Source: Lingula anatina | Lineage: Eukaryota; Animalia; Brachiopoda | DNA length: 64,000 nucleotides | NCBI GenBank assembly: GCA_051362555.1 | Contig: JBPQGU010000016.1 | Coordinates: forward strand, 5,456,001 to 5,520,000 | Reading direction: 5' to 3' | Made by a program: the position numbers and the translations under genes | Notes under the pieces: generated by a model | Seen by the model: only the letters and a program-made list of their open reading frames with translations | What the model was told of the DNA's origin: nothing | Database searches by the model: none | Part shown: positions 1 through 12,900 of the stretch, one piece after another | Numbering within the stretch: position 1 is the stretch's first letter | Layout: every line of letters begins with the position of its first letter

Positions 1-816
1 TAACATGGTGACAGGAGTTAAATTCAATGATTAGACAGTCAAAGTGCCACTTCATTTCAAGACATTTACCTGGATTTTTTTTTCTTTGAAAAAAGAAATT
101 TTTCTTTCACTTTCAGCTTTGCTGGTGATATTTTAAAGAACAAATGTCCAGAAGCACTGTTAATGCTGCACCAAATTGTTGCTATTCAATATAAATTGAT
201 AACCAGTTGTGTTTACACTTCTTAATGATGGAAGTGATGAAAAGGAAAATGCCTTGAGCTGTTTTTACATCATGTGTACTGATTTTTGATATTCAAAATT
301 TTCAATAAAGAGCTTTAAAGTGCAATAACCTCTTTTTTCATGTGTGTGTGTGTTTGGGGTGTCTGTGTGTTTGGAGTGTGTGTATGTGTGTGTGTGGAAG
401 AGAGGATGTCTTGGGAGAGGGGTAAGGACTTTTTATTGTTTTACACCTCACCCACTTATACTGGGGCTTGCGGTTACATATGCTCACGTTTGACAACTTT
501 TACTCTATCAGGAAAATGATGAACCAAGATTGAATTAAAGCACCTGTTGTAGTTAGCCTTTATTATTATTATTTAAGAATCAATTCAGTTGCTAAATGTA
601 CAATTCATAAAGACTATAGGTGCACTCTTTTCATGGACACAAAGCTGTGACAATGTAAATTGTGACTTGAATTTTTTTTTTTGCTTCTACTCTACCTAAT
701 ATCATACACCAATATTCCTGTAATTTAAGAGCAAACAGACCTTTTGTGCTGTAGATCTACATTACTCAAACAGCTGCTACAGTTTACACAAGATGCAAAA
801 AAGACCAAGAAAAGAA

Positions 817-1806
817 TTAATTAATCTCTTTTTTACTGCCTTTGTTCATTTTCTTCAACTTTTCTAAGCTGTACCAGAAGCTTTTCATGATCCCAGCTGT
901 CCATATACTTTTTACACTCTGACTCCAACTAGAATGGCTCACAATTTTAGACACACAATTTCCCACCACCTCTCCACACTCGTAATCCTTGGCACATATT
1001 CTTAAAACTTCCTCCGCATCTCTTGTCCGCTTATCCCTGTTGTAAAAATCAACTAATCTCTCTTCAAGCGTCTTCGGCAGCAGACTTAAATGATGGAAAA
1101 TTGCTGCTGGATCTTTCAGCTGCTCCAGTCTTCCTTGTGACTTACACCAGTTCACATTATCCTCATGGTCGAGGATCCCTTCGTACAGCTCACGGAACTT
1201 CTCCATATTTGGTTTGACAATATTTCTCACCTTGTTCTTGTCCTCACCAATGACCATACGGAAATCCCCAGAATAGGAGAGGTTACAGATGGTGCAGTAA
1301 AGCTCCTCCTCAGTGAAGTGTTCTGGGAGGATAATTAATGCCGTGTGCACTGCGCTGGCCAGGTTAGTATGAAGAGCTGCCTTCAGGTTCTCTCCACTCG
1401 GCTCCTTAAGGATCATCACAGGTTTGTGGAGCCTGCCGCCTACATACAGGGTGTCCCAGTCTAACAGGTCTGCAGTCAGCCGTCTTGTGCTGATTACACC
1501 ATACTTAATCAGCCTCTCCTCACACATGACACGTGAATTAAAATAAACACCAGCACCGTGTTTTTCTTGTATGTTGGCAACTCTTCGGCTGCCGAGATAT
1601 TTCAGGAAGGAATAATGAGAGCGATTTTGAGCAATATTAGCACGGTGCCACTCCACTGGGTCATCCACTACAAAGAAGAAATCTAGCATGTTTTTGGTTG
1701 GGTCTGTGTGCCCCAGTTGTTTGAAGACCCCTGAGCCATATGCAAATGCCATGTGCTGCTCTGGGAAATGGGAGATAATCTGTTTATACAGCTGTCTTGC
1801 TGCCAT
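817..1806 (-). CDS. TAMM41: Mitochondrial phosphatidate cytidylyltransferase (Tam41/Mmp37), single coding exon
   Basis: ORF with AFAYGSGVFKQ, MLDFFFVVD, GAGVYFN, IKYGVIS, LLDWDTLYVGGRLHKPV, LSYSGDFRM motifs; ATG at 1806 in AAAATGG context (the track's 1848 start is a GTG). Confidence 0.95.
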   Translation of the reverse strand: MAARQLYKQIISHFPEQHMAFAYGSGVFKQLGHTDPTKNMLDFFFVVDDPVEWHRANIAQNRSHYSFLKYLGSRRVANIQEKHGAGVYFNSRVMCEERLIKYGVISTRRLTADLLDWDTLYVGGRLHKPVMILKEPSGENLKAALHTNLASAVHTALIILPEHFTEEELYCTICNLSYSGDFRMVIGEDKNKVRNIVKPNMEKFRELYEGILDHEDNVNWCKSQGRLEQLKDPAAIFHHLSLLPKTLEERLVDFYNRDKRTRDAEEVLRICAKDYECGEVVGNCVSKIVSHSSWSQSVKSIWTAGIMKSFWYSLEKLKKMNKGSKKEIN

Positions 1807-1981
1807 TTTGATGACCTGATATCCTAAAAGATGATGTCTCGAATACACAAGAAGATATAAAACTGATCCTAAAAAATGAGAGAGATATCCTTTTTCAAAA
1901 ACTCCTTTTATTATGTGTTACTCAATAGAATGCAAAGTATGTGAGTGATACCGAAATAATGTCACACAGACTATTAATTAA

Positions 1982-2230
1982 TTATCCACGTTTTGGTCCT
2001 TCATAGAACACTCCACCCCCTTGGACCCCAGGGGTTTTCAGCGTCTCCAGCTGGCGTTCTCCTCTTCTCAACAGGTAATCTATGTGCATAATGTTACTCT
2101 TGGGTACTGCCGCATTTTTCTTAAACTCACTGCGAATCATATTCTTGAGTCCTGGTTTTCCTTTTGTGGCTGTAAGCATATCTCTATACAGACTGAGAAC
2201 TCGGAGCTGTACCTTGCTGTATCTGACCAT
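1982..2230 (-). CDS. SDHAF1: Succinate dehydrogenase assembly factor 1 (LYR-motif protein), 82 aa, single coding exon
   Basis: SKVQLRVLSLYRDML..GKPG....IRSEFKKNA.VPKSN..HIDYLLRRGERQL parallels human SDHAF1 SRLQRQVLSLYRDLL..GKPG....VRAEFRQHA.LPRSD..RIEYLYRRGRRQL. Confidence 0.92.
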   Translation of the reverse strand: MVRYSKVQLRVLSLYRDMLTATKGKPGLKNMIRSEFKKNAAVPKSNIMHIDYLLRRGERQLETLKTPGVQGGGVFYEGPKRG

Positions 2231-3583
2231 AGTTTCTTGTCACATAAACATTTTGCAGGCAGACTTCATGCAACTGTGCTTTGCTGAAAAGGTGATCAAT
2301 ATGAAAATCTAGTTAATAAAAAATAAGATAAGCATATATAAATGATGTTATATAATAATACACATAGAATACATTTCTTATGTCTGGGAATTTGAGATCT
2401 GATAGGACTCAATAATGACAGCTGATGTTACCACCAAACTAACAATGACACATTGTCGTGTCCGACATAGATATCTTATGATGTAACATGTTGTGGTCCA
2501 ATAGTTCTCAAGTAATGTGGCAGCCTCTTTGTTTAACGCCGAGATAAAGAAATTAATTATACAATTATAGGTAGTTAAAGTTAGCGTCACTGACCATACA
2601 TATAGATAAGAAATAAGTATATAAGTGATACCAAGAGAGGGAAAGGGGAGACATGTACAGGAGAACAACAGAGAAGAGGAGAGGAGCGACGGAGTACGGA
2701 GCAAGAAGTAATTTAGGAGAACTAGGAGTTGGAGACTTCACGTAGAATATGTAGCTACCAAACGTCAACAAATAAATTGTTTAACTGGTCATCTGTGGAC
2801 TTGGGTTTTCTTTGAGCGACCTTATGTAAATCTGACACGAACCCTGGAATCTTTAGATTGCGCTATCCACAAATTTAGACGAAAACGTAATGTCCTATTT
2901 TGAGCCCACACTTGAATAAAGCATTCAAAATTATATAAGTTTAGGACATTCATTCCATATGTATATGAAAATGTTCATTACAACATGATATAATCTGTGG
3001 TTTTAAACAAATCAGAGTGAAGGAAACGTACAGTATACTGTACTCAGTACTGGTATATCATCAAATTGAAGATTGGCCAATCTGAGTAATGGTAACATTA
3101 ATCAATTTAACAACAAACAATCATGAATAGCAGATAACAGCAATGTTGCAACTTAAGTCAGTTCTGATGTTCTCTTTGAGAACATTTACCAATAGGTCTT
3201 TAAAATTATTTAATAAAATAATTGTTGACATTTGACTTTGATGAACATCACAAAACAATATACTGACCACAAACAATGTCAATAACTGTACCAGTAAAAT
3301 TTAGTTGTTTTGATAATAAAAATGCAATACTTTAGTTTTTCATTCTAAATGTAATCAATGTATCATATTTTTACAAATATTCTAATTTCTACGGGAAAAA
3401 GCAGACGAGGGTCTCCCGCTCCAAGCGTGAAGCACCTCACTCAGTTTGCAAGCGAGGGTGTGAAACATGACCGAATCGTGCCTAATTATTAAGCTAGAAA
3501 CAACAAATCTAAATATTTTCCAAGGCTGTAATTTTTACAATTTTTTTGACGATGCAAAGTATGTTAAGAGTTTTATGACTTAC

Positions 3584-3975
3584 CAGTGCAAAGATATTCT
3601 TACTTAACCTGACAAGTTCTCATTACATAGCACGTTTTGCTTGAAGACCGCTAACAACACTTTAAAATAATATCCTGTTCTGAATTTATCACTCTTAATA
3701 TTTAACTGCCCTATATAGGTCGTATTTATTTTTGTTGAATTTTAAATGCAAATTTTTATGTTTAAATGAATGACTGATTAAAATAAGTATGTAAAACACG
3801 ATAAAAACGGAAGATGTTTTAAGCGGTCATAACCTAATTTCCACTTTCACGCTGCTACTTTCACGACGTGATCATGCATACTTCAATCTCTTAATGTTTT
3901 TGTACTGAAAATAGTACATTATTGCCCTTTTTGTCATAACAATCGTTCCCATTCATAAATATAATTATCTGGGTA
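3584..3975. promoter_or_regulatory. Putative bidirectional promoter plus non-coding first exon of SDHAF1/TAMM41 (donor CTG|GTAAGT at 3584) and TASP1 5' UTR
   Basis: Consensus minus-strand donor at 3583-3578, TASP1 ATG at 3976, locally CpG-richer sequence with CGGAAG and ACGTGA motifs. Confidence 0.5.
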
Positions 3976-6900
3976 ATGGCTGATGATGGTATAGAAGGTT
4001 TTGTTGCAGTGCATGCAGGTATTTGATGGACAGAATTTTCAGTTCTGTTGCGTCTTTTCACTGTCCGACATGTAGCTCTCAGTGCAGTGTATCAACATTT
4101 ATAATACTAATAGTAGGAACGAGTGGTTAAATGTAGCTGTTGTACAGTGGTAATATTACAGTATTCATTGAGTGGAAAAATTAAATTGCCCAACTGGCCG
4201 ATCCTGTGATTTTGCGGTATTTGCATTTTGTTTATTTTAATAATTAAAATATTTACACATACACGTACATGTATTTTTACTTTAGCATTAGCAATACTAG
4301 TATTATTATTATTCTAGTTTAATGATTAAAATATTTACACATAAATGTATTTACACCTACATGTATTTTTACTTTAGCATTACAAGCTAGTATTCTTAAT
4401 ATTCTAGTTTTGTAGAATTGGCTGTACAACAACAAAATTAAATGCAGATCATTGTGTGAAAAGATCATCCACATATTTGTTCTGAGTCCTTGATTACGCT
4501 TAATTTACACTTAAAATTTTGTTTAAGTAAAATGGTAAAAACAGAAATATTGGTAGTACAGTGTACTGGTATATGTATTACTGTGTACACTTGCTAGTCG
4601 ATTAATTTTGGTTTGTAATTTACAATATGGTTCATTTGGCATCATTTGATATGTTTACATTTAGGAGCAGGGTTTCACTCACCAAACAAAACACAGCTGT
4701 ATTCAGAAGTCTGTCAGCTTGCATGCAAAAAGGTAATTAATTAAGCCAGCCAGGGCATTTATAGTAGCTCCTGTAATATATGTTTTGATCATGATAAAGG
4801 ATAGTGCATAACTAAATTTCTCTTTTCCAAGTGAAATGATTATTTTTCACCTGTACATGTAAAATTCTTTCAATTGAACACATTGTGAAAACTCTGTGAA
4901 TAGGTATATAATTGATGCAGGCCTAAATCACAGATAGATCATTTGTGTGTGGGTTTTAGTGTTCAAGTGTTTTATGGTCCAAACTAAAAAATTGTATGGT
5001 TTGAAACTGTTTTATGTGTTTATTTAGAGGTTTAATGGTTTCATTTTTGAAAAGCAAATTTTACCAGAAAAGAAGCAAAATATTGGCACTCTCTGGCTGC
5101 TGGTGGTGATGATTTAGAGATGTTTTCATGACCTTTAAGACCAGTGAAACTTTGGATAAATTATCTTTAAAGACTGAACAACCTGTGTTGCACCCATTGA
5201 GCATTTTATGTCTGTTTAGGCAGCAGAAGCTCTACATGACAAGAAATGTGCTCTTGACGCTGTTGTAATAGCAGTGACTCAACTAGAAGTAAGTGGTGAC
5301 ATTTGAGATAAAAATATAAGTAAAATTTCTTCACTGGTAGAAACTTAGGATAAAAACATCATTGTCTTATACAAGTATAACGAGATGTTTTAAGAATAAA
5401 AGTTATCAAAAAAAGGTAAGATGAATAAATACAATGTAATACCATTTGATGCAAATTGGGACACTTCATTTTAAAGTTTAATATTTTATTTTTCTGCACA
5501 ATTTAGATAAGATAAAAAGATAGATATGAGTACATGTAGCTGCCATGATTGATGTGTTAATTTGTGTTCCAGAACAGTGCGTGTACCAACGCTGGGATTG
5601 GTTCTAATCTGACACTAGATGGCACTGTGGAGTGTGATGCAAGTGTTATGGATGGCGCTTCTCTAAAGTTTGGGGCTGTAGGGGCCGTGGAGGGTATGCT
5701 CACATTATGATCACTATTGATTTTTGTCCTGTTAACAGTAACACTAATGATAAACTGGTGGGGGGGGGGGGGGGGTCAAATAAATGTCATTTCTTTGTAT
5801 ATTATCAAAGTGTTATTATTCAAGTAAAGTTTACAGCATATATATTAAGTGTATACGTCAGTGTCAGCTTTATAGTTTTGTCTCAGTCATGAGTGCATGC
5901 AATATGAATGTAATATGTCTTCTTTTATAGGTATTAAGAATCCTGTGAAGCTTGCAAGCTGTTTGTTGACAGAACAGAAGAAGGGATATTTATCTCTTGG
6001 CAGGGTGCCACCGTGGTGAGATGGATATTAAAATAATTATATTAAAAAAATTATCAAAATAGAACATTTTGCTTAAATTTGATTTATCTTTTAGTGTTTC
6101 AAAGGCAAAATCAAAAAAATGATGTAGATTGGTGTGCTTTCAATCTATATCATTTCTTTGATAGTTTTATTTACAGTGGAGCAGTAAATTTATCAATTTT
6201 CCTGATTTCTTATAAATCCTTTACTGACTGTGTGCTACAGTTTTGTATAAAGATAAATATCAGATCTTGTAATTAAGCATTGCAGGTTTGATAATTAGTA
6301 CAGTTTATATAAATATTAGGTCTTGTAATGAAGCAATAAAGGTTTGATAATTATTACAGTTTATATTAATATTAGGTCTTGTTATTTAGCAATGCAGGTT
6401 TGATAATTATTACAGTTTATATTTCAGTTTTCTTGTTGGCAGAGGAGCTGTGGCATGGGCTGTTGAACACAATATAGAAGTGGTAGAGAAGAAGGACCTC
6501 ATCACAGGTCAGGATGGCAGCTAGGGGCTGGTTTACAAAAAAAGTTGTTCACTAAGCCACAGTTTTGTCCATATTTAGGCATGTTTACCTATACTTGGAA
6601 AATTGACTGAAATTACCATGTAAAAATAAAGAAATGTTTTACCTGGATGTCTTCATTAGTGTAATTTTTTTTGCCTCTAATTATCCTTTCCTTTGATTTA
6701 CTAAGTGCTAGATATCTTGATTATTTATGTCCAGACTCCTCTCTGCGTTCATACAGAGACTACCAGCGGAGACTGGACAGGGCAGAAATGGGACTGGCGG
6801 AGCCCAAGAAAATAAAGAAAGATGTCAAGATGGTGGAGGTAATATCCAGTTATGACTGACATTGAGAGTGATATTGACAGTTTACTTGGAATTCATTATA

Positions 6901-9900
6901 AGATTTTATGTCAACATAAACATTTTTTGTTTTGCATTTACGTATATATTTACAATATATTCCCTTTCTTCTTATTTAGATGTGTAAAATAATGTAATAA
7001 TTTAGGGGATTTCACTAGAGTGGATAAGATCTTCCTTAATAGGCAGTCTCTGTTCTAAATATCTAATATGCAGCAATTATTTTAAAGTTAATTAATATAT
7101 CATCTTTGAGATAATGTAATTCTTTTTACTTCAAGGAAGATGAGAGTACATTGTTAGACACGGTGGGGGCTGTGTGCCTCGACTGCCAAGGAAATATAGC
7201 GGCTGCCGTGTCTAGTGGAGGAATAGCATTGAAATGTCCAGGCAGGGTGGGACAGGTATGTTAACACTGAAATATCAAATTAATATTCTACAATATTATC
7301 CTATGTTCAAATTGATATAAAGTTGCAAAACCATTGTAAACATTGCTTTCTTAAAGGTACATATGAACTGGGCATCCATGGAGCTTGGATTCCCAGTAAC
7401 ACATATAAACCACTTCTACTAGTTTCTTATACAACTCAAATAAAAGAGTTGAAAACTGACACTTCTTTATTAAAAATTCTTGGCTGTAAATTTGACCTAC
7501 TTAATTATCTGACCTTCTTTGTTTGCCCAGTTTATATGCAGCACTGCAAGCAAACAGAAAAATTTGTTCAAATATCCTTTTTTGGCTAATATGAAACAAT
7601 ATCTTTCGGTATTTCTTTAAGTGATACTATTTGAAAAAATGTGTTGACATTTGATCGACTTTTGTAGCCAAAAATTGAGTTCATATGCATCTTTAAGTAA
7701 TTGTTGTAAGTGTTATTGAAAATGAACACGGCAAGTATGCATATTTGTCACTGCCCCTTGTATGATGATGATGATAATGGTTTTGTTTACAAATGTATCT
7801 CATTTGATTTAGAAACTGAATTGTCTATGTTCTGTTTCCCAATAAGGCAGCAGTGTTTGGTTGTGGGTGCTGGGCAGATAATATGAAAGGTGTCACACCT
7901 GGCGTGGCAGTCAGTACTTCAGGTAAATAGGTCTTTAAAGGCAAAAATATATACTTAAAAGTACTTACAGTTTTTGATTATAATGATTTGTGCTTTTGTC
8001 TTTCAAATAAATATTGGCAGCTGAATGACTTTTAACAAAATGTTTCTTTGCTCCATTTTTTTAAAAACATGCAAAAAATTTTTTCCTGTGATCATTGCTC
8101 TATGGAACAATGACACAAGTCCCTCACCCTCACTTTATTAAGCCAGTTTTGGGTGTCTTTCAGGCTGTGGAGAGCACCTCATCTACACCCAGCTGGCCAG
8201 GGAGTGTGCCCTTGAGGTCAGGGGAGCAGACGACATTTCACAGGCTGTGACAGATGTGTTCTCCAGGCAGTTTATAGGTATTCAGTTTTACATTTCACAA
8301 TCACAGCCATTATATGACCTACGTATGTATGCAAGAACATTTTTCTGCATTTTTACTGTATAAAAGATTGGGTGAATGGTTGCTGGGTTTCATATGAAAT
8401 GTTCTGAAGGGGGTAAAATTCAGTGGAAGGGGTTCCTCTTTCTTTTAGCAAGAGCGTCCTGGTAGTCCAAAGTTTTGTTGCCATGTTGCTTTACCAATAA
8501 CTACACACGTAAGTCATGCATTAATTAGACCAACAAATCTTTGGAGCAATGAACCTTCTGGCTATTGCTACAGCCCCCTTTAGCCATGACTATTGCTACA
8601 GCCTCCTTTAGCCATGGCTATTGCTACAGCCCCCTTTATCCATGACTATTGCTTCAGGCCCCCTTAGCTATGGCTATTGCTACAGGCCCCTTTAACCATG
8701 GCTATTGCTACAGCCTCCTTTAGCCATGGCTATTGCTACAATCCCCTTTAGCCATGGCTATTGCTACAAGCCCCTTTAGCCATGGCTATTGCTACATGCC
8801 CCTTTAACCATGGCTATTGCTACAGCCCCCTTTATCCATGACTATTGCTACAGCCTCCTTTAGCCATGGCTATTGCTACAGCCCCCTTTAGCCATGACTA
8901 TTGCTACAGCCTCCTTTAGCCATGACTATTGCTTTAGGCCCCTTTAACCATGACTATTGCTACATGCCCCTTTAACCATGGCTATTGCTACAGCCCCCTT
9001 TAACCATGGCTATTGCTACAGCCTCCTTTATCCATGACTATTGCTTCAGGCCCCCTTAGCTATGGCTATTGCTACAGGCCCCTTTACCCATGGCTATTGC
9101 TACAAGCCCCTTTAGCCATGGCTATTGCTTTATGCCCCTTTAGCCATGGCTATTGCTACATGCCCCTTTAGCCATGGCTATTGCTACAGGTCCCTTTAGC
9201 CATGGCTATTCAGGAATATATTCAGGACCTATTCTTATAGCTTTATGTGGTAAGCTGATTGGTCTTTTTATCTCAGTACAATGGCTTTTCTCTTTTTTAC
9301 AGAATCTGATATGTTATCAGACCAGCTAGCTAAATATGGTGGTGCAATAGTTTTAAAATACTCAAGTAGTGCAGCAGAAAGAAGAGAAGGTGAGTCTGTC
9401 CTGTCTTCCCTCTACTCAACTTTTGATTTAATTTAGTAAGAACATGGCTTCCTTTTAATACCACATTAAAACCAGATTCTTATATTTGAAATCACCAAGT
9501 CTTCAGTGTGACCAGTAGCCAGAGTTGTACAAAGAAGAGAAAACAGTTTTATAGAGATGTTAAAATAAGTTTAATATCTTGATATTGACATTACAGTTGA
9601 ACTAGTTTGGGCCCACACTACAGAAAGTATGTGTATAGGTTACATGAAGACAGGGGATCATAAACCAAAGGTAAATTTTGAATGTGTGGATCCATGAAAT
9701 GAATCTGTAAATGTAATAGTATTTTTTTTCACGACGTTTGTATTGAATTTTTGGTGTTACTTTGAAGTCAAATTGAACTGTTTTCAAATAATAATCAATT
9801 TAAAATTCTGTTGATGGAAACAGATACTTTGCAAGTTTTTGCTTATGTTTAATTTTCTAATATTTTTGTTGTCACAAGACTATTGTTTCAAAACACTCCC

Positions 9901-9993
9901 TGTCCTCTCCAGGTACATATCAGCCGTATGCCGTCCACCTCTACCGTAGGACAAACAACCTCTGTAATGGGAAAATACTTTCATCTCAGGTAG
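3976..9993 (+). CDS. TASP1: Threonine aspartase 1 (taspase 1). Exons approx 3976-4018, 4665-4732, 5220-5288, 5573-5693, 5931-6015, 6428-6507, 6735-6838, 7136-7255, 7847-7922, 8164-8277, 9303-9389, 9597-9670, 9913-9993
   Basis: Spliced translation gives [36 protein letters not shown]|TVGAV (autocleavage Thr nucleophile), [47 protein letters not shown]; GT-AG boundaries keep the frame. Confidence 0.93.
4241..4411. repeat. Direct duplication of about 85 bp in TASP1 intron 1
   Basis: attaaaatatttacacata...tacatgtatttttactttagcatt...tagtatt...attctagttt occurs twice. Confidence 0.75.
6266..6422. repeat. 56-bp tandem repeat (about 3 copies) ending at the TASP1 exon 6 acceptor
   Basis: ggtttgataatta at 6285, 6341, 6397. 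Confidence 0.8.
8560..9210. repeat. 28-bp minisatellite, about 23 copies, TASP1 intron 10
   Basis: Unit atggctattgctacagccccctttagcc; junctions form the palindrome tagccatggcta. Confidence 0.95.
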
Positions 9994-12900
9994 CAGGACC
10001 ACAATGGAGAAATTAAAAGGCAGTGAAATCTGAGTCTATGAATATTTGGTCAGGCCAGATTGTGCATGGTAAATAATACTTTGACTTCTATGTGAATGTT
10101 AGTAGCTAGGAAGAAAAGTGTAATATTCAGTGTTGTTGCAGCAGAGGCAAAAGCAACTTTGAGAGCAACACTGATACAAGAGAGCTGAAAGTATTGCTAG
10201 CATTGAACAATATATTAATGCCAACACAGCTAAAAGACAGGGAGAAGAAGATGGCAAAGAACTCATTATCCAAACCATTCTCAAGACTACCTTTTGAATA
10301 GTGTTTAATTCATTAAAGCTGAAGTTATTTTTTTCTCTATCGGCAGCTTGTTTCTTTCTGCATGATCACTTAAAAATCTATAATGCATTAATGATATTAA
10401 AATAGTAGTGTCTCGGTGTTAAAGGATATATGAGACCAATATTATTTATGTATTCATTGTATTTTTTCCCCTTAAAATCTAACATTGATGACTCTTAGAT
10501 CCTACACTAAAAGAAACTATTTCTTATCCGAGTTTTTTCAATTCCAGTTATGTGACAAAAACTTAAACAAACAGATCACCAAGCCTTACTTTGGCTTTCT
10601 TTTAAAAACATTTATTTTGCAAAAATAATATAATAAACTTGATGTTTTTAATGGAAATAGATATGTATTCCTAAAAGGAAGTAGTGTGATTCACAAGAAA
10701 AGCTGAAAATAGTCAAATAATAATAATTAAATATTCAAGACAATGAGATACTCAATCAGGTATTTAGTGAGGTACCTACACGTCTTCATAATCTGACCTT
10801 TGAAACGGTGACCACATTGTTCAAAGAAGACAGGGATTCTGTCCTCAAGACAGATTAAATATTTTTGATAACTAATCATAATATACTCTTCTGCAGCAAA
10901 GTGACTGTAGAACTATAAAACAGTTATAAATTACAGTAATAACATGAAGAACTAAGCTGTTAAATGGCTGGTTAACAATTTAATTTCAATATGAAACAAA
11001 ACTGGTTTCGATGAACTTTTCCCTGACCAATGAAAATCCTAGTGTTCAATTTGCAGGAAAATATATGTGCATCCCTTCTACTGTTGCTAAGGGAACACTT
11101 GATTTGCTAAGAAATAAACTACTTTACCCTGTTAGTGGTACCTGCATCAGTGATTACAAAAACTGCATGCAAATATAATCTTCATGTGGCATTATAACAG
11201 CCCTTCAAGGTCCAGTCCCTTACTCCAATTCAACCACAGTTTATATATATTTGTACATAAATCAGTTCATCTCCAATCTTCTGTAAAATCCCTTTTTAAA
11301 TCCACAAAGGTCATGTGTTGTCAGCTACAGGTGCTTTTGGCCAAATAAAACTTGGCTCACAATGGTGTCCCTGCTACCAGTAACATTAGTCTTTTTCACA
11401 ATGTTAATGTTTTACTGGTAAGTACGCTGTCTTATCAGGATACAATTCTAAGCCACATTCAGCTATTTTTTAACCATTTTAGGGCTAATTTCTAAAAATG
11501 GACAGCTTAACAGCAATGAAATTGCAATCAAACTGCTAACTTATGGTCAGCTGATTATATTATCTTAAAAACATTTTCTCCATTGATAAATGGTGTTGAA
11601 TGCAGATTATGTGAATTCATGTGGTCTGCATTCAACAAGGAATTGATGAAATATATGGAATTACAATAAACACATCTAAATGAATTCAATGACAGATTAA
11701 ACACATTCAAAAAGTGCCAGGTCCTTTTTCCATACACTGGATATATTTGATATAAAAGTAATCATATCTAATGTCTTTCATAAAGTGTAAGTTATTTAAT
11801 TCTTAAGCATTTATATAAAAATAAAAAGCCTTAGGACTGATAAATCTGAACATGATTCAAATGAACATCTATATGTAAAAAATAAAAATAAAACTTGTCC
11901 AAAGGTGCATAAATACAGAAAACCTTCAAAATTCTTTTGAGAAAAGGTTTATGCATTTTAATGCAGCTGTAATTGTAACCCAAGTAAATTCACATATATG
12001 CACTCTATATCAAAATTTATAGGCCTGGACTGGAATAAAACTTTTTAAAACATAATTAACATCAACAGCAACAAAAACAAAATTCCCCGCCTTAAAATTT
12101 TCACAACAAGTCACAACCATTCATCTTTTACATTCTAATCTTTGTATCACAGGCACATAAAATATCCTCCCAGCAACTTATATAACAATGCATAATGATA
12201 AATAACTTCTTGGTGCATACTTGACTGATGGAACATATTTGGTGAATAAGAAATGGAGTCACAAGCAATATATTGATTGTCGTGATGGTAGATGTGGTGC
12301 AAAAAAATGAAGCTCATAAAACCATATTGTGACACTGTCCAGCTTAGTTTATTATTTCACCGTGATAATAAAACTTCTCCCTTCTCAGAACTGAGGCTGC
12401 TGTTGACCTCTGACCTCCATCAACCTTCAGGCCCCTTTTCATTTGACCTCTGACCTCCACCAATCACCAAGCTTTTGACTGTCCAGTAAGAGCTGAGGCT
12501 GCTGTTGACCTCTGACCTCCAGTATTTAGGGGGAGGATGATGTCCACCATGGGGTCCTCATCTTCATCTTGTACACCACTGGACAGCTCAGTGGCCTGGA
12601 AACAGAGCAGAAGACAGAATTACCCACCAAACTTGCACTCATAGGAGCCTATTAAACCTTTCAAACTGAAAGCTTTGTCTTAAAAATAAAACCAATTTTA
12701 AAATGTGCATCACCAAATTTTGATACATTTACAGTGTATGAAAACTTATGACATCATCAATTAAGCACTATACATTTTATAGCAAAATCCTGCAAAATAA
12801 TTTAAACTGTATCAACAAAATAATAAATTCCCTTTTTGGAAAAAATTCTTCAGCACAAAATCAAACAAACCAAAACTAATAAATTAATACCTATCTCCAA

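Noticed and set aside
1-320. AATAAA at 304, possible 3' end of an off-window plus-strand gene
   Set aside because: No coding sequence visible and the hexamer is common in AT-rich DNA
1807-1848. Longer TAMM41 start given by the ORF track
   Set aside because: GTG start overlapping a splice acceptor; the ATG at 1806 has good context
2378-2771. Hydrophobic minus-strand ORFs upstream of SDHAF1
   Set aside because: Non-ATG starts, low-complexity GA-rich sequence, probably intronic
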